NCBI GenBank assembly: GCA_963739305.1
Contig: CAVTZU010000011.1
Coordinates: 92,152 to 156,151 of the forward strand
Direction of reading: 5' to 3'
Source: Candidatus Bathyarchaeota archaeon
Lineage (GTDB): Archaea > Thermoproteota > Bathyarchaeia > Bathyarchaeales > Bathycorpusculaceae
Length of the DNA stretch: 64,000 bases
The notes under the pieces are model-generated. The model was not told the DNA's origin. It ran no database searches and saw nothing but the letters and a program-made list of their open reading frames with translations. The position numbers and the translations under genes were made by a program. This document shows, piece after piece, positions 42,578 through 52,274 of the stretch (the first letter of the stretch is position 1; the number at the start of each line of letters is the position of its first letter).

Positions 42578-43987
42578 TTGAATGGAGAACGACAAAATTT
42601 GCACAATAGAAAAATCGCTGTTCTTATTGTGATCCTTTCGATTGCGTTTGCGCTTTTTCTATTTCTAACTGTTGACCACGTCCCTCGAGCAAATGCGAGC
42701 AACGCTTCGAGCCAGATGGTGCTGAGAATCACTCCATCAGGCCTGATCAACAATTCGGAGGTTCAGGGCGAAAGGTTTTTTGTCAATGTGACAGCGACTA
42801 ATGTGGAGTCTCTTCACGGATTCTCATTCGATGTGACCTATGATCCAGGCATAATCGAATGCATCCATATCGAGAATGATGGGCTTATGAGTGCTTTTGG
42901 GAATACGACAATGTTCTCGACGATAGATAACGCAAATGGCAGAACGTATGTTTCGGTGAACCTCACATCGCCAGAAGCGGTAGCAAGTGGAAACGGAAGT
43001 TTGATTAGGTTGAGTTTTTCTGTCAGAGGCATCGGAGAGACGAATATTGAGTTAGCGAACGTGCTTGTCAACGATTCCAGTGGGGCATCGCTGCCCTATT
43101 TGACAGTTGACGGTTATTTCAACAACAAGTTAGTTCTCGATTTCACGATGCCTCTTGTTCTTTTTGCTGTGACTTTCGTGTCCGTGTTTCTTAACGGCAG
43201 GGTTGAGGGCAAGCTTAAGAGTGTTATGGAAGACAGAGAATTTCGTGTTCAGGATGCGGTGCTGCTTGTTGGCTTAATGTCGGTAATGATATACTTAGTG
43301 GTCTTCGTCAGACAAATGACTCTGATTCTGATGGCACTGTTTCTATTTGCCTATTCCATGCTTTTGTTCACGTTCACTTATGTTTTTTCCAAAAATCGTT
43401 GGTATATCGGCATTCTGCCTCCAGCAGTCTTCATTTTGCTTTACGTTTTTGTCAGAGATACTCCGCTCTGGACGTCCTATCTAATCAACATTTATGGACT
43501 TGTTTTCGCTGTCCTGATCACTCTTTACTTGGCAAGTCTGTTTGTGTGGAAGACCACCGCGGTCTTTGGTGTTCTAATTACTGCCATGGATATTGTTTTG
43601 GTTCTCGTGACTGGAACCATGATTCAGGCTGCGGAAGCTGCTAGAGGTTTAAGTTTACCTGTGATGGTGTCCCTTCCGCTAATTCCTTTGGTGGCTACTG
43701 GTAATGGATTGCTGATGCTGAGTCTTGGTTTGGGTGACTTCTTTTTTGCCGGGCTACTGGGTGTTCAAACTCTCAAGAAATACGGCAAAAGGTTTGCAGT
43801 CATTACTATGATAGGCATGGCAACGTCCTTCTTCATCTTCGAAGTGTTCCTGTTGAACTATCTACATGGGGCTTTTCCAGGAACACTGATGATCATTTGT
43901 GGTTGGGCACCGTTGGTGATATTGAAGGAGCTTGTTGGCCGTAGATCCGCGTGGTCAAAGAAAAATCTTATTTCTGCGTCAAGTTAG
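42578..43987 (+). CDS. Cohesin-like domain fused to a presenilin/SPP-type GxGD intramembrane aspartyl protease
   Basis: N-terminal TM, beta-rich FFVNVTATNVESLHGFSFDVTYDP...GNGSLIRLSF domain, then a polytopic region with MDIVLV, LGLGDF and PGTL. Confidence 0.8.
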   Translation: MNGERQNLHNRKIAVLIVILSIAFALFLFLTVDHVPRANASNASSQMVLRITPSGLINNSEVQGERFFVNVTATNVESLHGFSFDVTYDPGIIECIHIENDGLMSAFGNTTMFSTIDNANGRTYVSVNLTSPEAVASGNGSLIRLSFSVRGIGETNIELANVLVNDSSGASLPYLTVDGYFNNKLVLDFTMPLVLFAVTFVSVFLNGRVEGKLKSVMEDREFRVQDAVLLVGLMSVMIYLVVFVRQMTLILMALFLFAYSMLLFTFTYVFSKNRWYIGILPPAVFILLYVFVRDTPLWTSYLINIYGLVFAVLITLYLASLFVWKTTAVFGVLITAMDIVLVLVTGTMIQAAEAARGLSLPVMVSLPLIPLVATGNGLLMLSLGLGDFFFAGLLGVQTLKKYGKRFAVITMIGMATSFFIFEVFLLNYLHGAFPGTLMIICGWAPLVILKELVGRRSAWSKKNLISASS

Positions 43988-44040
43988 GAAACTAAAGATA
44001 AGAATTAAGGTTTCCAACAATAAGAGAAGTTATGAAGGGT

Positions 44041-44364
44041 TTAACCGAAGAGTGCGCCTAATCCTTCCAGTGCTGCTTCTTCCTTCTGTTTTTCGTCTTC
44101 TTTCTTCTTCTTCTCGTCTTCCTTTGGCTTCGCTTCAGCTGCTGGAGCGTTTGCTGTGGGTGCTGCGGCGGTCGGTGCGGCCATCATGGTTGGAGCAGAC
44201 TTAATTGCTTCATCAATTTTGACTTCAGCGAGAGATGCAACCAACGCCTTGACCCGTATCGTGTCAGCGTTTATCCCCGCCGCTGTCAAGACCTGCGTCA
44301 GGTTTGCCTCGTTGATTTCTTTTCCTGCTTTGTGGAGCAGCATTGCTGCGTAAATGTATTCCAT
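44041..44364 (-). CDS. rpl12: 50S ribosomal stalk protein P1 (L12)
   Basis: [11 protein letters not shown]...GLGALFG. Confidence 0.97.
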   Translation of the reverse strand: MEYIYAAMLLHKAGKEINEANLTQVLTAAGINADTIRVKALVASLAEVKIDEAIKSAPTMMAAPTAAAPTANAPAAEAKPKEDEKKKKEDEKQKEEAALEGLGALFG

Positions 44365-44391
44365 ACCCTTTCACCTCTTACATCGTCTATT

Positions 44392-45273
44392 TTAACTTTT
44401 TTCAGTTGTTGTTTTTGCCTCTACCGTGGGCACTCTACTACTTAAACCTAACATTTCGGCGTGCGCTTTTCTTATCAAATCACCAATTGTCTCTTTTGTC
44501 GGGATCGCGGCGCCGATGGCAAGCGCGTATGCTTCCTTGTTTGCCACCTGGATAAGTGCAACCATGGTTTCGTCCGTCGGGTAAGTAACGCTCAGAGACA
44601 AAGCAAACGATTCAGCGTAAGCATTAGCAACGTCACGTTCAGTTCCTTCCACGTCTAATTTGAGTTGCTTTTGTGTTATGATTAGGCCTTCATCAAATGC
44701 AACTGTCATCGCCAGTCCCGTCTCAACTGGCTTTATCCCGAGCTTTGATAGCATGCTCGCAAGTCTTTCATTGATGGCTTCTCCCTTTCTTACGACGAGG
44801 GTATCCTTGTTTATCCAAACGCTGCCAGATTCAATTCTTGTCGGCAACCCCACCGCGTTCAGTTGGCTGATGATTGGGCCAGGAGGCTGACCCGTGTTTC
44901 CGGCGGGAACCACAACGTCAAAAGCTGCTATGTCTCCCGATTTGGCGGTTGTCTTTACCTTTCCTCTTTCTAGGATTAATGCAAGTTTGAAGGGGTTAAG
45001 GTCTGTGAACATGAAAACGTTTGGTCCTTTCATATGCTCTTCGAGTTTCTTCAGATCAGCTCTTTCCTTGCAATTCTCAATCGCTAGCTTCATAAGGGTG
45101 TTTTTCAGAACCCGCATGAACACTTTGTCTGCTAGGTTTTTCTTAAATTCCTGAAGCTGAGCTGCTCTGACTTTCTGGAGGCTGGCAATACCGATAACCT
45201 TGTAACGTCTAAGAAGGTTGGTTATATCCTCCACTTCTCTGGATTTCTGTTCTAAGACTTGCTTTGAAGGCAT
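44392..45273 (-). CDS. rpl10: 50S ribosomal protein L10 (P0)
   Basis: KNTL, NPFKL, PAGNTGQPPGP, LSKLGIKP. Confidence 0.96.
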   Translation of the reverse strand: MPSKQVLEQKSREVEDITNLLRRYKVIGIASLQKVRAAQLQEFKKNLADKVFMRVLKNTLMKLAIENCKERADLKKLEEHMKGPNVFMFTDLNPFKLALILERGKVKTTAKSGDIAAFDVVVPAGNTGQPPGPIISQLNAVGLPTRIESGSVWINKDTLVVRKGEAINERLASMLSKLGIKPVETGLAMTVAFDEGLIITQKQLKLDVEGTERDVANAYAESFALSLSVTYPTDETMVALIQVANKEAYALAIGAAIPTKETIGDLIRKAHAEMLGLSSRVPTVEAKTTTEKS

Positions 45274-45289
45274 TGGTTTTCGTCCTTTA

Positions 45290-45940
45290 TCATGCTGTAA
45301 CTTTCACGGGAGGCCCCATCGCTGTTTTTATGTACGCGGACTTGATGTTCTTCATTCCTTTTTTGAGTTTTCCTTCTAGAACCCTTAGGACCGCCTGTAT
45401 GTTTTCAGTTATTTCTTCGTCTTTCATGTTTTCCATTCCGACGCGGTTTTGCAGGATCGGTTGGTTGTGCAATCGGACAACGATTGTCTTATGATGCTTG
45501 TTCAGCAGACCTGCAATATCGGCGGAAGGTGGAACCGGGATGGGCATTTTTCCCCTCGGACCCAGAACTGAGCCCAATGTTTTTCCTACGAGTGGCATCA
45601 AGGGGGCTTCGGCTATGAAGAAATCGCATGCATTGGCAACCTTGCGCATTTCTTGTTTTTTGCCGGCCAGCGATTCAAGTTCTCCTCTTTCAATCACTCG
45701 ATCTGCATTGGCTTTTCTTGCTTTCAGTGCTAGTTCGCCGGAGCCGATGACGCAGATCTTATTAGGTTTTTCAAGTGAATATGGGAGTTCTATTACCTCT
45801 TGGATCTTGCTTTCGGGGGCCTTCATGTCAATGTCTTGCAGTTTCAGTATAAGTTGAATCGACTGGTTGAATTTTCTCTTCTGGGATTTCTCTTTTGCTT
45901 CTTTTACGGCAGCAAGTATGGTTTTTTGGTCTAAGGGCAA
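45290..45940 (-). CDS. rpl1: 50S ribosomal protein L1
   Basis: KRKFNQS, LGPRGKMP, KTAMGP; TTG start. Confidence 0.96.
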   Translation of the reverse strand: MPLDQKTILAAVKEAKEKSQKRKFNQSIQLILKLQDIDMKAPESKIQEVIELPYSLEKPNKICVIGSGELALKARKANADRVIERGELESLAGKKQEMRKVANACDFFIAEAPLMPLVGKTLGSVLGPRGKMPIPVPPSADIAGLLNKHHKTIVVRLHNQPILQNRVGMENMKDEEITENIQAVLRVLEGKLKKGMKNIKSAYIKTAMGPPVKVTA

Positions 45941-45998
45941 TTTGAGGCCTCGTGCCATTGAGGGAATGGGATGCAGTTATAAAAATATTGTCTTAGGA

Positions 45999-46487
45999 CT
46001 AGGCCTTGTTCAATATGTCGTCGTGTTTGCCTTCATCAATCTCTTTTTGAATTTCACGCGGGTCTTTTCCTTCTGCAGTGACTCCCATGCTAACGCAGAC
46101 ACCCAGAATTTCCTTAGTTGCTGATTTCAGCGTTTTTGACAGTAGTTCTGGGCGTTTCATTTTGGCTATTCGTATCACTTGTTCAAGCGTGAGGTTTCCG
46201 ACTTTTTGTGTGCTTGGTGTGCCTGAGCCCTTTTCGACTTTCAGTTCGCTGACGATTAGTGCGGATGCCGTTGGGGTTCCAACGGTTACTTCGAACTCTT
46301 TGGTGTCTGGGTCAACGATGACTTTGACTGGTACCTTCATGCCCGAATAGTCTTTTGTGAGTTCGTTGATCTTGTTTACAATTGCCATGACGTTGACGCC
46401 TAGTGGTCCAAGTGCTGGGCCAAGGGGTGGTCCGGCGTTTGCTTGTCCTCCGCTTACGAGTAGTTCTACGGTTTTTTTGTCAGTCAT
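45999..46487 (-). CDS. rpl11: 50S ribosomal protein L11
   Basis: [18 protein letters not shown]. Confidence 0.97.
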   Translation of the reverse strand: MTDKKTVELLVSGGQANAGPPLGPALGPLGVNVMAIVNKINELTKDYSGMKVPVKVIVDPDTKEFEVTVGTPTASALIVSELKVEKGSGTPSTQKVGNLTLEQVIRIAKMKRPELLSKTLKSATKEILGVCVSMGVTAEGKDPREIQKEIDEGKHDDILNKA

Positions 46488-46488
46488 T

Positions 46489-46977
46489 TTATGTTTCACC
46501 ACTGGCTTCGATTTTTGCTTTTTCCACGAGCTTGACGTAGTCTGAGCTGACTGTTATGGGTAGTGTGAAGGTGGCTTCTAATAGTTCGAGCGTGACTTCT
46601 GCTTTTGTTTTGTCGATTCGCGTGATTTTTGCGCGCATTCCCTTGAAGGGGCCGCCTGTCACTTCTACTATGTCGCTTTCGTGAAGTTCTTCGATGATTG
46701 GTTTTTTGACTATATATCGTTCGATTTCCGCGAAGTTGACTATTCCAGGGATTCTAGAGCGTACGTGTTTTACACCTGCTATTGCTTCTTCGACGAAATG
46801 TGGTCCTTCGGCTTCTATGAAAACGTAGCCTCGTAGTGTTTCAGGTGCGAGGATTGATCTTATGGGTATTTTGCTCATTCCAACTTTGGCTGCAACGAGT
46901 CTGGCGACGTTTCTTTCTTGGCCTGTTGTGGTTTTGACAGCAAAGATTTTGGCTGGGGGCTCTGCAGGCTTTTCCAT
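46489..46977 (-). CDS. spt5: Transcription elongation factor Spt5/NusG
   Basis: TTTGQE, GYVFIEA and KOW motif GPFKG. Confidence 0.96.
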   Translation of the reverse strand: MEKPAEPPAKIFAVKTTTGQERNVARLVAAKVGMSKIPIRSILAPETLRGYVFIEAEGPHFVEEAIAGVKHVRSRIPGIVNFAEIERYIVKKPIIEELHESDIVEVTGGPFKGMRAKITRIDKTKAEVTLELLEATFTLPITVSSDYVKLVEKAKIEASGET

Positions 46978-46994
46978 TCAGGATTTCTTCCTTG

Positions 46995-47177
46995 TTAGGC
47001 TGCCGTTGTCCCTGGTTGGAGGGTACTGGACAAAAGTTTGATGATGAAGCCGACTAGTCCTACTGCTCCTAATCCTAGGAGGCAGATTTTTATTGATAGC
47101 CAAAGCTCACTTCTCCCAGGTTTGACAGCTAGCTTCAAGGTTCTTGCGCATTGAGTTAGGAAATCTCTTAAGCCCAT
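46995..47177 (-). CDS. secE: Protein translocase SecE/Sec61-gamma
   Basis: RTLKLAVKP..EL plus one TM; conserved position before spt5. Confidence 0.9.
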   Translation of the reverse strand: MGLRDFLTQCARTLKLAVKPGRSELWLSIKICLLGLGAVGLVGFIIKLLSSTLQPGTTAA

Positions 47178-47299
47178 GGTTACCGCCTTCTCAACATTAT
47201 GTTTTGATATAAAGTTTACTGTAAGTTCTGGTAGATAAAGACGCGCGTTTTCTATTAACTTTTCGTCGTGAGTGCAGATCACATTCTATGAGCATTTTG

Positions 47300-48139
47300 T
47301 CAGGTTTTCATATAGGGCACTTCAGTTTTCGTGATGATATTGATCAATGATGGTTTGTCTTCTGCTTTGATTCCCTTCCAGTCGAGGATGATGGTCTCGA
47401 CTTTTTCTGATGTTTTCTTGATGCACTGTTCTAGGACGTTTTCGTCGATTTTTGCAACGGCGTATTTTGGTATTATGTGTCCAAAGGCGAGTTCTTTTTC
47501 TAGCGCGATTCGTGTGAATTTTTCGTTGTAGTGTGGTCCGCCTATGCCTAGTACGGCTTTTGCTGGGTGACTGTCAAAATGTTGGGCTGCGTTCATGGCT
47601 GCGTGTGCGACTGCTTCTGCGGCCTTAGCGTCTTTCCATTCTTTTGGTGAGCTTCCTAGTTCGGTGAACATTGTTGGGACGTCTAGTGAGGGTCCATGGT
47701 GTGTGGCCTCATAGCTGACTTGGTAATTGAGTTTGAACTCGTTCTTGAGTTTCGCCATTGTTTTCAAGGCTTCTCTCATTGCGTTAGGAGGCGATGTTGA
47801 GACCTTTCTTGGGATTCCGCCCATTTCGGCTTCTGCCAGGTTTCCTGGTGTGTGTACTGAAAGGGTAGGTGTTCCGCTGAGGCTGCTGTGTCTTGAAATG
47901 AAGATTATGAGTTCTAGGTTTGTGAATGAGTGCGGGAGGTTTTGTGCATTGATGGACTCGTTGTTCAGAGTGATCAGTTCGATGTTTCGGTTTGCGATTG
48001 TGATTTCGTAATTTGGGTTCGATTGATATTGGACTTGTTTTTCGTTGAAGTCGTAGTTGCTGAGGATTTGTTTTCGGATGTTTAGACTAGCTATGTCAGT
48101 GTTTGAGGCGACTATGAGGATCATGATTTTTGCTTCCAT
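47300..48139 (-). CDS. dtdA: D-aminoacyl-tRNA deacylase (archaeal DTD2)
   Basis: SRH, VHTPGN, EATHHGP, ELGS, GGPHY, GHIIPKY. Confidence 0.93.
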   Translation of the reverse strand: MEAKIMILIVASNTDIASLNIRKQILSNYDFNEKQVQYQSNPNYEITIANRNIELITLNNESINAQNLPHSFTNLELIIFISRHSSLSGTPTLSVHTPGNLAEAEMGGIPRKVSTSPPNAMREALKTMAKLKNEFKLNYQVSYEATHHGPSLDVPTMFTELGSSPKEWKDAKAAEAVAHAAMNAAQHFDSHPAKAVLGIGGPHYNEKFTRIALEKELAFGHIIPKYAVAKIDENVLEQCIKKTSEKVETIILDWKGIKAEDKPSLINIITKTEVPYMKT

Positions 48140-48232
48140 ACGGAACTGTGAGTTTGTGGGAGAGAGGTTTGCATAAAGCTTATAATTGTTGTTTGTGGTT
48201 GAAGGCTTTGTTGTTTGATTGTGGGTGATTGT

Positions 48233-49147
48233 ATGCATTTGCTTAACTTCAAGGAGTTGAGTGGGAAGCAGATAGCTGAGGTCGTGGAGAAGGGCGTTGA
48301 AGTCAAGCATCATCCAGAACGGTTCGCGGCGAGCTTGGAGGGAAAGTCATGTGCTTTGATTTTTCAGAAGACGTCGACTCGAACGAGGGTGTCGTTTGAG
48401 GTGGCGATGACTCAGCTTGGTGGTCACGGCTTGTTCATTGATTGGAGGACGACGAATTTTGGTTTGGCTGATTTGGGTGATGAGACCCGGTATTTGTCGA
48501 GGAACGTTGATTGCATCATGGCTAGGTTGATGAGAAACGTGGATTTGGAGGCGATGGCGCGGGCTTCTCGTGTTTCGGTGATCAATGGTTGTGATGAGAA
48601 ATATCATCCGAGTCAAGCGATTGCTGACTTGATCACCGTGAGAGAGCGGAAGGGGAAGCTGAAGGGAGCGAGTTTGGTGTACGTGGGGATCCATAACAAC
48701 GTGTGTAATTCTCTTGTTGAGGGCTGTACGAAGACGGGGGTCACGATTACCACAGTGACGCCTATCTTTAATGAGCCAAGTCGAGACGATGAATTGTTAG
48801 AAGAGGCTAAGGCAAGTGGACTGTGGAAGACAACAATGGATGTCAACACGGCTGTGAGAGATGCGGATTTTGTGTACACAGATACGTGGGTTGATATGGA
48901 GTACTTCGCTGATCCGAAGTTTGCCGTGGAGAAGGAGAAGCGGCTGACGGAGATGATGCCCTTTCAGGTCAACATGAAACTGTTGAAGGACAGCAGGGCT
49001 TTCGTCATGCATGATATGCCTATTCATCGAGGCTACGAGATTGCTGGTGACGTTGTAGATGATGAGCGGTCGGTGATTTTTGAGCAGAGTGAGAACAGGT
49101 TGTACTCGGCGAAGGCGATTTTGTTGAAGCTGTTAGGAAAGTATTGA
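48233..49147 (+). CDS. argF: Ornithine carbamoyltransferase
   Basis: STRTRVSFE, HPSQAIADL, YTDTWVDM, MHDMP, QSENRL. Confidence 0.9.
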   Translation: MHLLNFKELSGKQIAEVVEKGVEVKHHPERFAASLEGKSCALIFQKTSTRTRVSFEVAMTQLGGHGLFIDWRTTNFGLADLGDETRYLSRNVDCIMARLMRNVDLEAMARASRVSVINGCDEKYHPSQAIADLITVRERKGKLKGASLVYVGIHNNVCNSLVEGCTKTGVTITTVTPIFNEPSRDDELLEEAKASGLWKTTMDVNTAVRDADFVYTDTWVDMEYFADPKFAVEKEKRLTEMMPFQVNMKLLKDSRAFVMHDMPIHRGYEIAGDVVDDERSVIFEQSENRLYSAKAILLKLLGKY

Positions 49148-49331
49148 GTTGCCATAGCGAAACACGGGCGTTCGGGTGCGATTGAGAATCTTTCACAACC
49201 GTACAAAAGCGGATTCCTCCCCTCCTAGGTTTCAATGTATCATGGATATTTGGATCCAAATAGGAATTGTCTTCTTTGATCTTGCTGGCGGCGTTCTTGT
49301 TCGTTTAACGTAGGTCTATAGAATTGCACGT

Positions 49332-50237
49332 CTATTTGAGTATCATCTGGACGAATCTTTCAGGGTTGAATTCTTCTAGGTCGTCGTAGTTTTGACCCGT
49401 GCCGATGAACAATATCGGTTTCTGAGTGACGTATGTGACACTTAGGGCTGAGCCGCCTTTTACGTCGGCGTCGACCTTGGTGAGTATCGTGGCGTCTATT
49501 CCTATGGCCTTGTTGAATTCTTCTGCTTGCATGACGGCGTCGTTTCCAATCAGGGAGTCAACGGTCAGTATGGTCAGATCTGGTTTTACTACGCGCTTGA
49601 TTTTTGCAAGTTCGTTCATTAGGTTCTGGTTTGTCTGCATTCTTCCAGCAGTGTCGATGAGGACGACATTCATTCCGTGGGCTTTGGCGTGGCTGATCGT
49701 GTCGTAGGCTACGGCAGCGGGGTCAGCGCCGTAAGCGTGTTTGACCATTTTGATGCCTAGTCTCTTGGCGTGTTCTTCGAGTTGTTCGATGGATCCTGCA
49801 CGGTAGGTATCACTGCATGCTATGACTGCTGAGTAACTGTGTTTGTTCAGGAAGCGGCAGACCTTAGCGATCGTCGTAGTTTTTCCTGTGCCGTTTATCC
49901 CAACAAAAACTATTACGTATGGTTCTCCTTTCTTGCGTTTTTCGTCAATGGATTTTAAAAGGTCTATCTTGTTGTTCGTGTGCATCGTTTCAAGGAGGAC
50001 TTCTCGTAGGTTCTTTTCAACGATTTTTGTTCGGTCTTCAAGGCGTTTAACTTGAACCTTGTCGAGGCGCTGCTCCATCTCCGCGCATATTTTCTCTGCG
50101 ACTGGAAAGGCCACGTCATTTTCGACGAGGTTAATCTTAAAATCAGAGAGGATTGGCCGGACGTTTTCAGGTTTCAGCTCAGTTGTAGTAACCTTGCTTA
50201 CGAGACCTTTCAACCCGGATTTGAGTTTCTCAAACAT
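49332..50237 (-). CDS. ftsY: SRP receptor FtsY
   Basis: GINGTGKTTTIAK, DTYRAG, DTAGR, TKVD, GTGQ. Confidence 0.97.
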   Translation of the reverse strand: MFEKLKSGLKGLVSKVTTTELKPENVRPILSDFKINLVENDVAFPVAEKICAEMEQRLDKVQVKRLEDRTKIVEKNLREVLLETMHTNNKIDLLKSIDEKRKKGEPYVIVFVGINGTGKTTTIAKVCRFLNKHSYSAVIACSDTYRAGSIEQLEEHAKRLGIKMVKHAYGADPAAVAYDTISHAKAHGMNVVLIDTAGRMQTNQNLMNELAKIKRVVKPDLTILTVDSLIGNDAVMQAEEFNKAIGIDATILTKVDADVKGGSALSVTYVTQKPILFIGTGQNYDDLEEFNPERFVQMILK

Positions 50238-50676
50238 CTGGTTGAGTTTTCCCTTCTCGTGCAGCCGCCACCAATGCTTCTGCTTTCGCCCTGTCTTCAT
50301 TTATTTTTTGGGCAACTTGTGCGAACTGTTGTTGCACTGAAGCTCTCGCCTTGTCTAGGTCTTCAAGGCGTTTTTTGATGATCTCTTTTGCTTCCTGCCT
50401 TGTTTTTTCGACGGACACGCCGGCACCCATTCCTACGATCACTTGATCTGGGTTATCCAGTTTTGCCCTGATGTAGGATGTGCCTCCTACTGGGACAAGT
50501 AGTTCAGATTTTTCACTAACCGCATCTAAACCTTCCAAGGTCGTTTGAGCATACTTGAGGTCTGTTGCAGCCGCGCTTATCATGTTCATCCTGGACTGCA
50601 GAGTTTCGGCGGTTTGTTCTAGAAATCTCAGTTCCATGTTTAACCTGCGGAATTCCTCTTCGCTATTGCTTGCCAA
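50230..50676 (-). CDS. pfdA: Prefoldin alpha subunit
   Basis: Coiled coils flanking LLVPVGG...VIVGMGAGVSVEK. Confidence 0.94.
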   Translation of the reverse strand: MASNSEEEFRRLNMELRFLEQTAETLQSRMNMISAAATDLKYAQTTLEGLDAVSEKSELLVPVGGTSYIRAKLDNPDQVIVGMGAGVSVEKTRQEAKEIIKKRLEDLDKARASVQQQFAQVAQKINEDRAKAEALVAAAREGKTQPDV

Positions 50677-50917
50677 CCTGTTCTTCTCCTGTGACAAGCT
50701 TCTTCAAAAGCGGGTCCTCAATGTTCTCAGGCGAAACTTCTTCTACACTAGTAATTTTGATGTGATGACGTTTGACACGGTGTCTGCTGCCCAACTCCGC
50801 ATAGACTTTTTCTTCTGCATGCTCAGGCTTCTCTGCAACGATTTCTTTTCTGAACGTCGTTTTTAGGTTGGGCTTGAAGATTTTACCCGTGACTCTGAAG
50901 ACTTTCAACTTCTTCAT
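50663..50917 (-). CDS. rpl18a: 50S ribosomal protein L18Ae/LX
   Basis: VYAELGSRHRVKR; the start may be TTG at 50908. Confidence 0.93.
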   Translation of the reverse strand: MKKLKVFRVTGKIFKPNLKTTFRKEIVAEKPEHAEEKVYAELGSRHRVKRHHIKITSVEEVSPENIEDPLLKKLVTGEEQVGKQ

Positions 50918-51590
50918 CCTCTTTTACAACATCCAAGGCGTTCCCTATTATAAATATCTCGGGTCCGGTCGTGAGTAATCCTGCTATTGCAGTGTGACTG
51001 TTCGCAAGTAAGCCCGTGCCAACGTATGGTATTCCACAGTTGATCGTGCCTACGTCCACAGGGACTTTGAGCGTGTCTTCAAGCAACTTCCGTTCTGAGT
51101 CTTTCAGCAAGGGATGCGCAAGAGCGCCCTTGTTTGTGGCCACCGCCAACGAGCCAACGTAAGGCAGTCCTGCAATTTCGCCTCGAACGACTTCAACGCA
51201 AAGTGTTTCTGCTATCTGCTCCACTTCTGGAGTTTTTAGCCTTGGATCAACGATTGCTCCATGATCATTTGCTAGAACCAAGTTTCCATAAGCGGTTCTT
51301 TTAGTTTCCATTATGGTGATGTTTCCTTCAAAAGAACGCCGTATACTCTCAAGCTCTTGTTGTCTTATAAGGCTTGGAAGAATGATGCCGTTGGAGTTGG
51401 CACACGCAAATGGTCCGACGAGAATTGAACTGCCGATCGATGTTTGTATCAACTTGACCTTGAGCCATTCACTTAGCCTCTCAGCTTTTTTGAGCGGTAC
51501 GGAGTTAGGAGCGATGAAGACGTGGTCCGTCGCAAGTGAGTAGACTCCTATGCTTGCGCTCCCCACGAGGCCTGAGAGGTAAATGGCCAA
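50883..51590 (-). CDS. eif6: Translation initiation factor 6
   Basis: GNLVLAND, VGSLAVATNKG, GTINCG, TTGPE. Confidence 0.95.
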   Translation of the reverse strand: MAIYLSGLVGSASIGVYSLATDHVFIAPNSVPLKKAERLSEWLKVKLIQTSIGSSILVGPFACANSNGIILPSLIRQQELESIRRSFEGNITIMETKRTAYGNLVLANDHGAIVDPRLKTPEVEQIAETLCVEVVRGEIAGLPYVGSLAVATNKGALAHPLLKDSERKLLEDTLKVPVDVGTINCGIPYVGTGLLANSHTAIAGLLTTGPEIFIIGNALDVVKEDEEVESLQSHG

Positions 51591-51593
51591 GGA

Positions 51594-52103
51594 TTAGTCT
51601 CCTTCAGCCAAATAAACAGTCACGTTTCCTTCTTTGTCTTTTTCTGCTCGTACACGGATTTTTCTCGGGGGCTTTTCGATCCCTCTTGACCACATCTTCT
51701 CGTTTACTTCATTGTCAATAATAAGCCGTGCCGGTTCCTCTTCCTCTTCGGCTTCTCCTTCTTTTCGGCTTTCCAACTTCATGTGTTTGATCATGAAACT
51801 TCGGAGGATCCGCATGGCTCGTGACGTTCTCTTGTTAGGCGGACTGATCCATGCCTTGCTAAGCGGCACCGTGTAAATCCGTTCTTCAACTATTTCCTTT
51901 TCTTTTCCTTTCTCAGGCTTGGCTTCCTCTTCCACCTCAACAACCGGTACCGCTTCTTTCGCTTCAGCTTCTGCCTCGGGCTCTGCAGGCTTTTCTTCGG
52001 CTTCCACAGGCTCCTCTGTTTCCTCTTCTTTCAGTTCCTCTGCGAGGTCTGCTAGCTCTTGGTCTTCTTTCTGTTCGGGTTTCTCTTCTGCTTTCTTTTC
52101 CAT
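51594..52103 (-). CDS. rpl31e: 50S ribosomal protein L31e with acidic N-terminal extension
   Basis: ERIYTVPL and VNEKMWSRGIEKPPRKIRV. Confidence 0.93.
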   Translation of the reverse strand: MEKKAEEKPEQKEDQELADLAEELKEEETEEPVEAEEKPAEPEAEAEAKEAVPVVEVEEEAKPEKGKEKEIVEERIYTVPLSKAWISPPNKRTSRAMRILRSFMIKHMKLESRKEGEAEEEEEPARLIIDNEVNEKMWSRGIEKPPRKIRVRAEKDKEGNVTVYLAEGD

Positions 52104-52115
52104 GAAATTCTCCTC

Positions 52116-52271
52116 CTATGCCCTTATTTTTCTACTCCGCCATTGTCTTTTTTTAGGGTGTTGCCTAAATTTGCCGCCTGATTTGGCCATGACCCACGTT
52201 GGAACTGGTTTCTTTTGCTTACCTGCTTTGGCAAGCCTGCGTTTCTTCGCAGTTGGTTTGTTTCGTGCCAT
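52116..52271 (-). CDS. rpl39e: 50S ribosomal protein L39e
   Basis: Manual translation MARNKPTAKKRRLAKAGKQKKPVPTWVMAKSGGKFRQHPKKRQWRSRKIRA (below the ORF track cutoff). Confidence 0.95.
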   Translation of the reverse strand: MARNKPTAKKRRLAKAGKQKKPVPTWVMAKSGGKFRQHPKKRQWRSRKIRA

Positions 52272-52274
52272 TTC

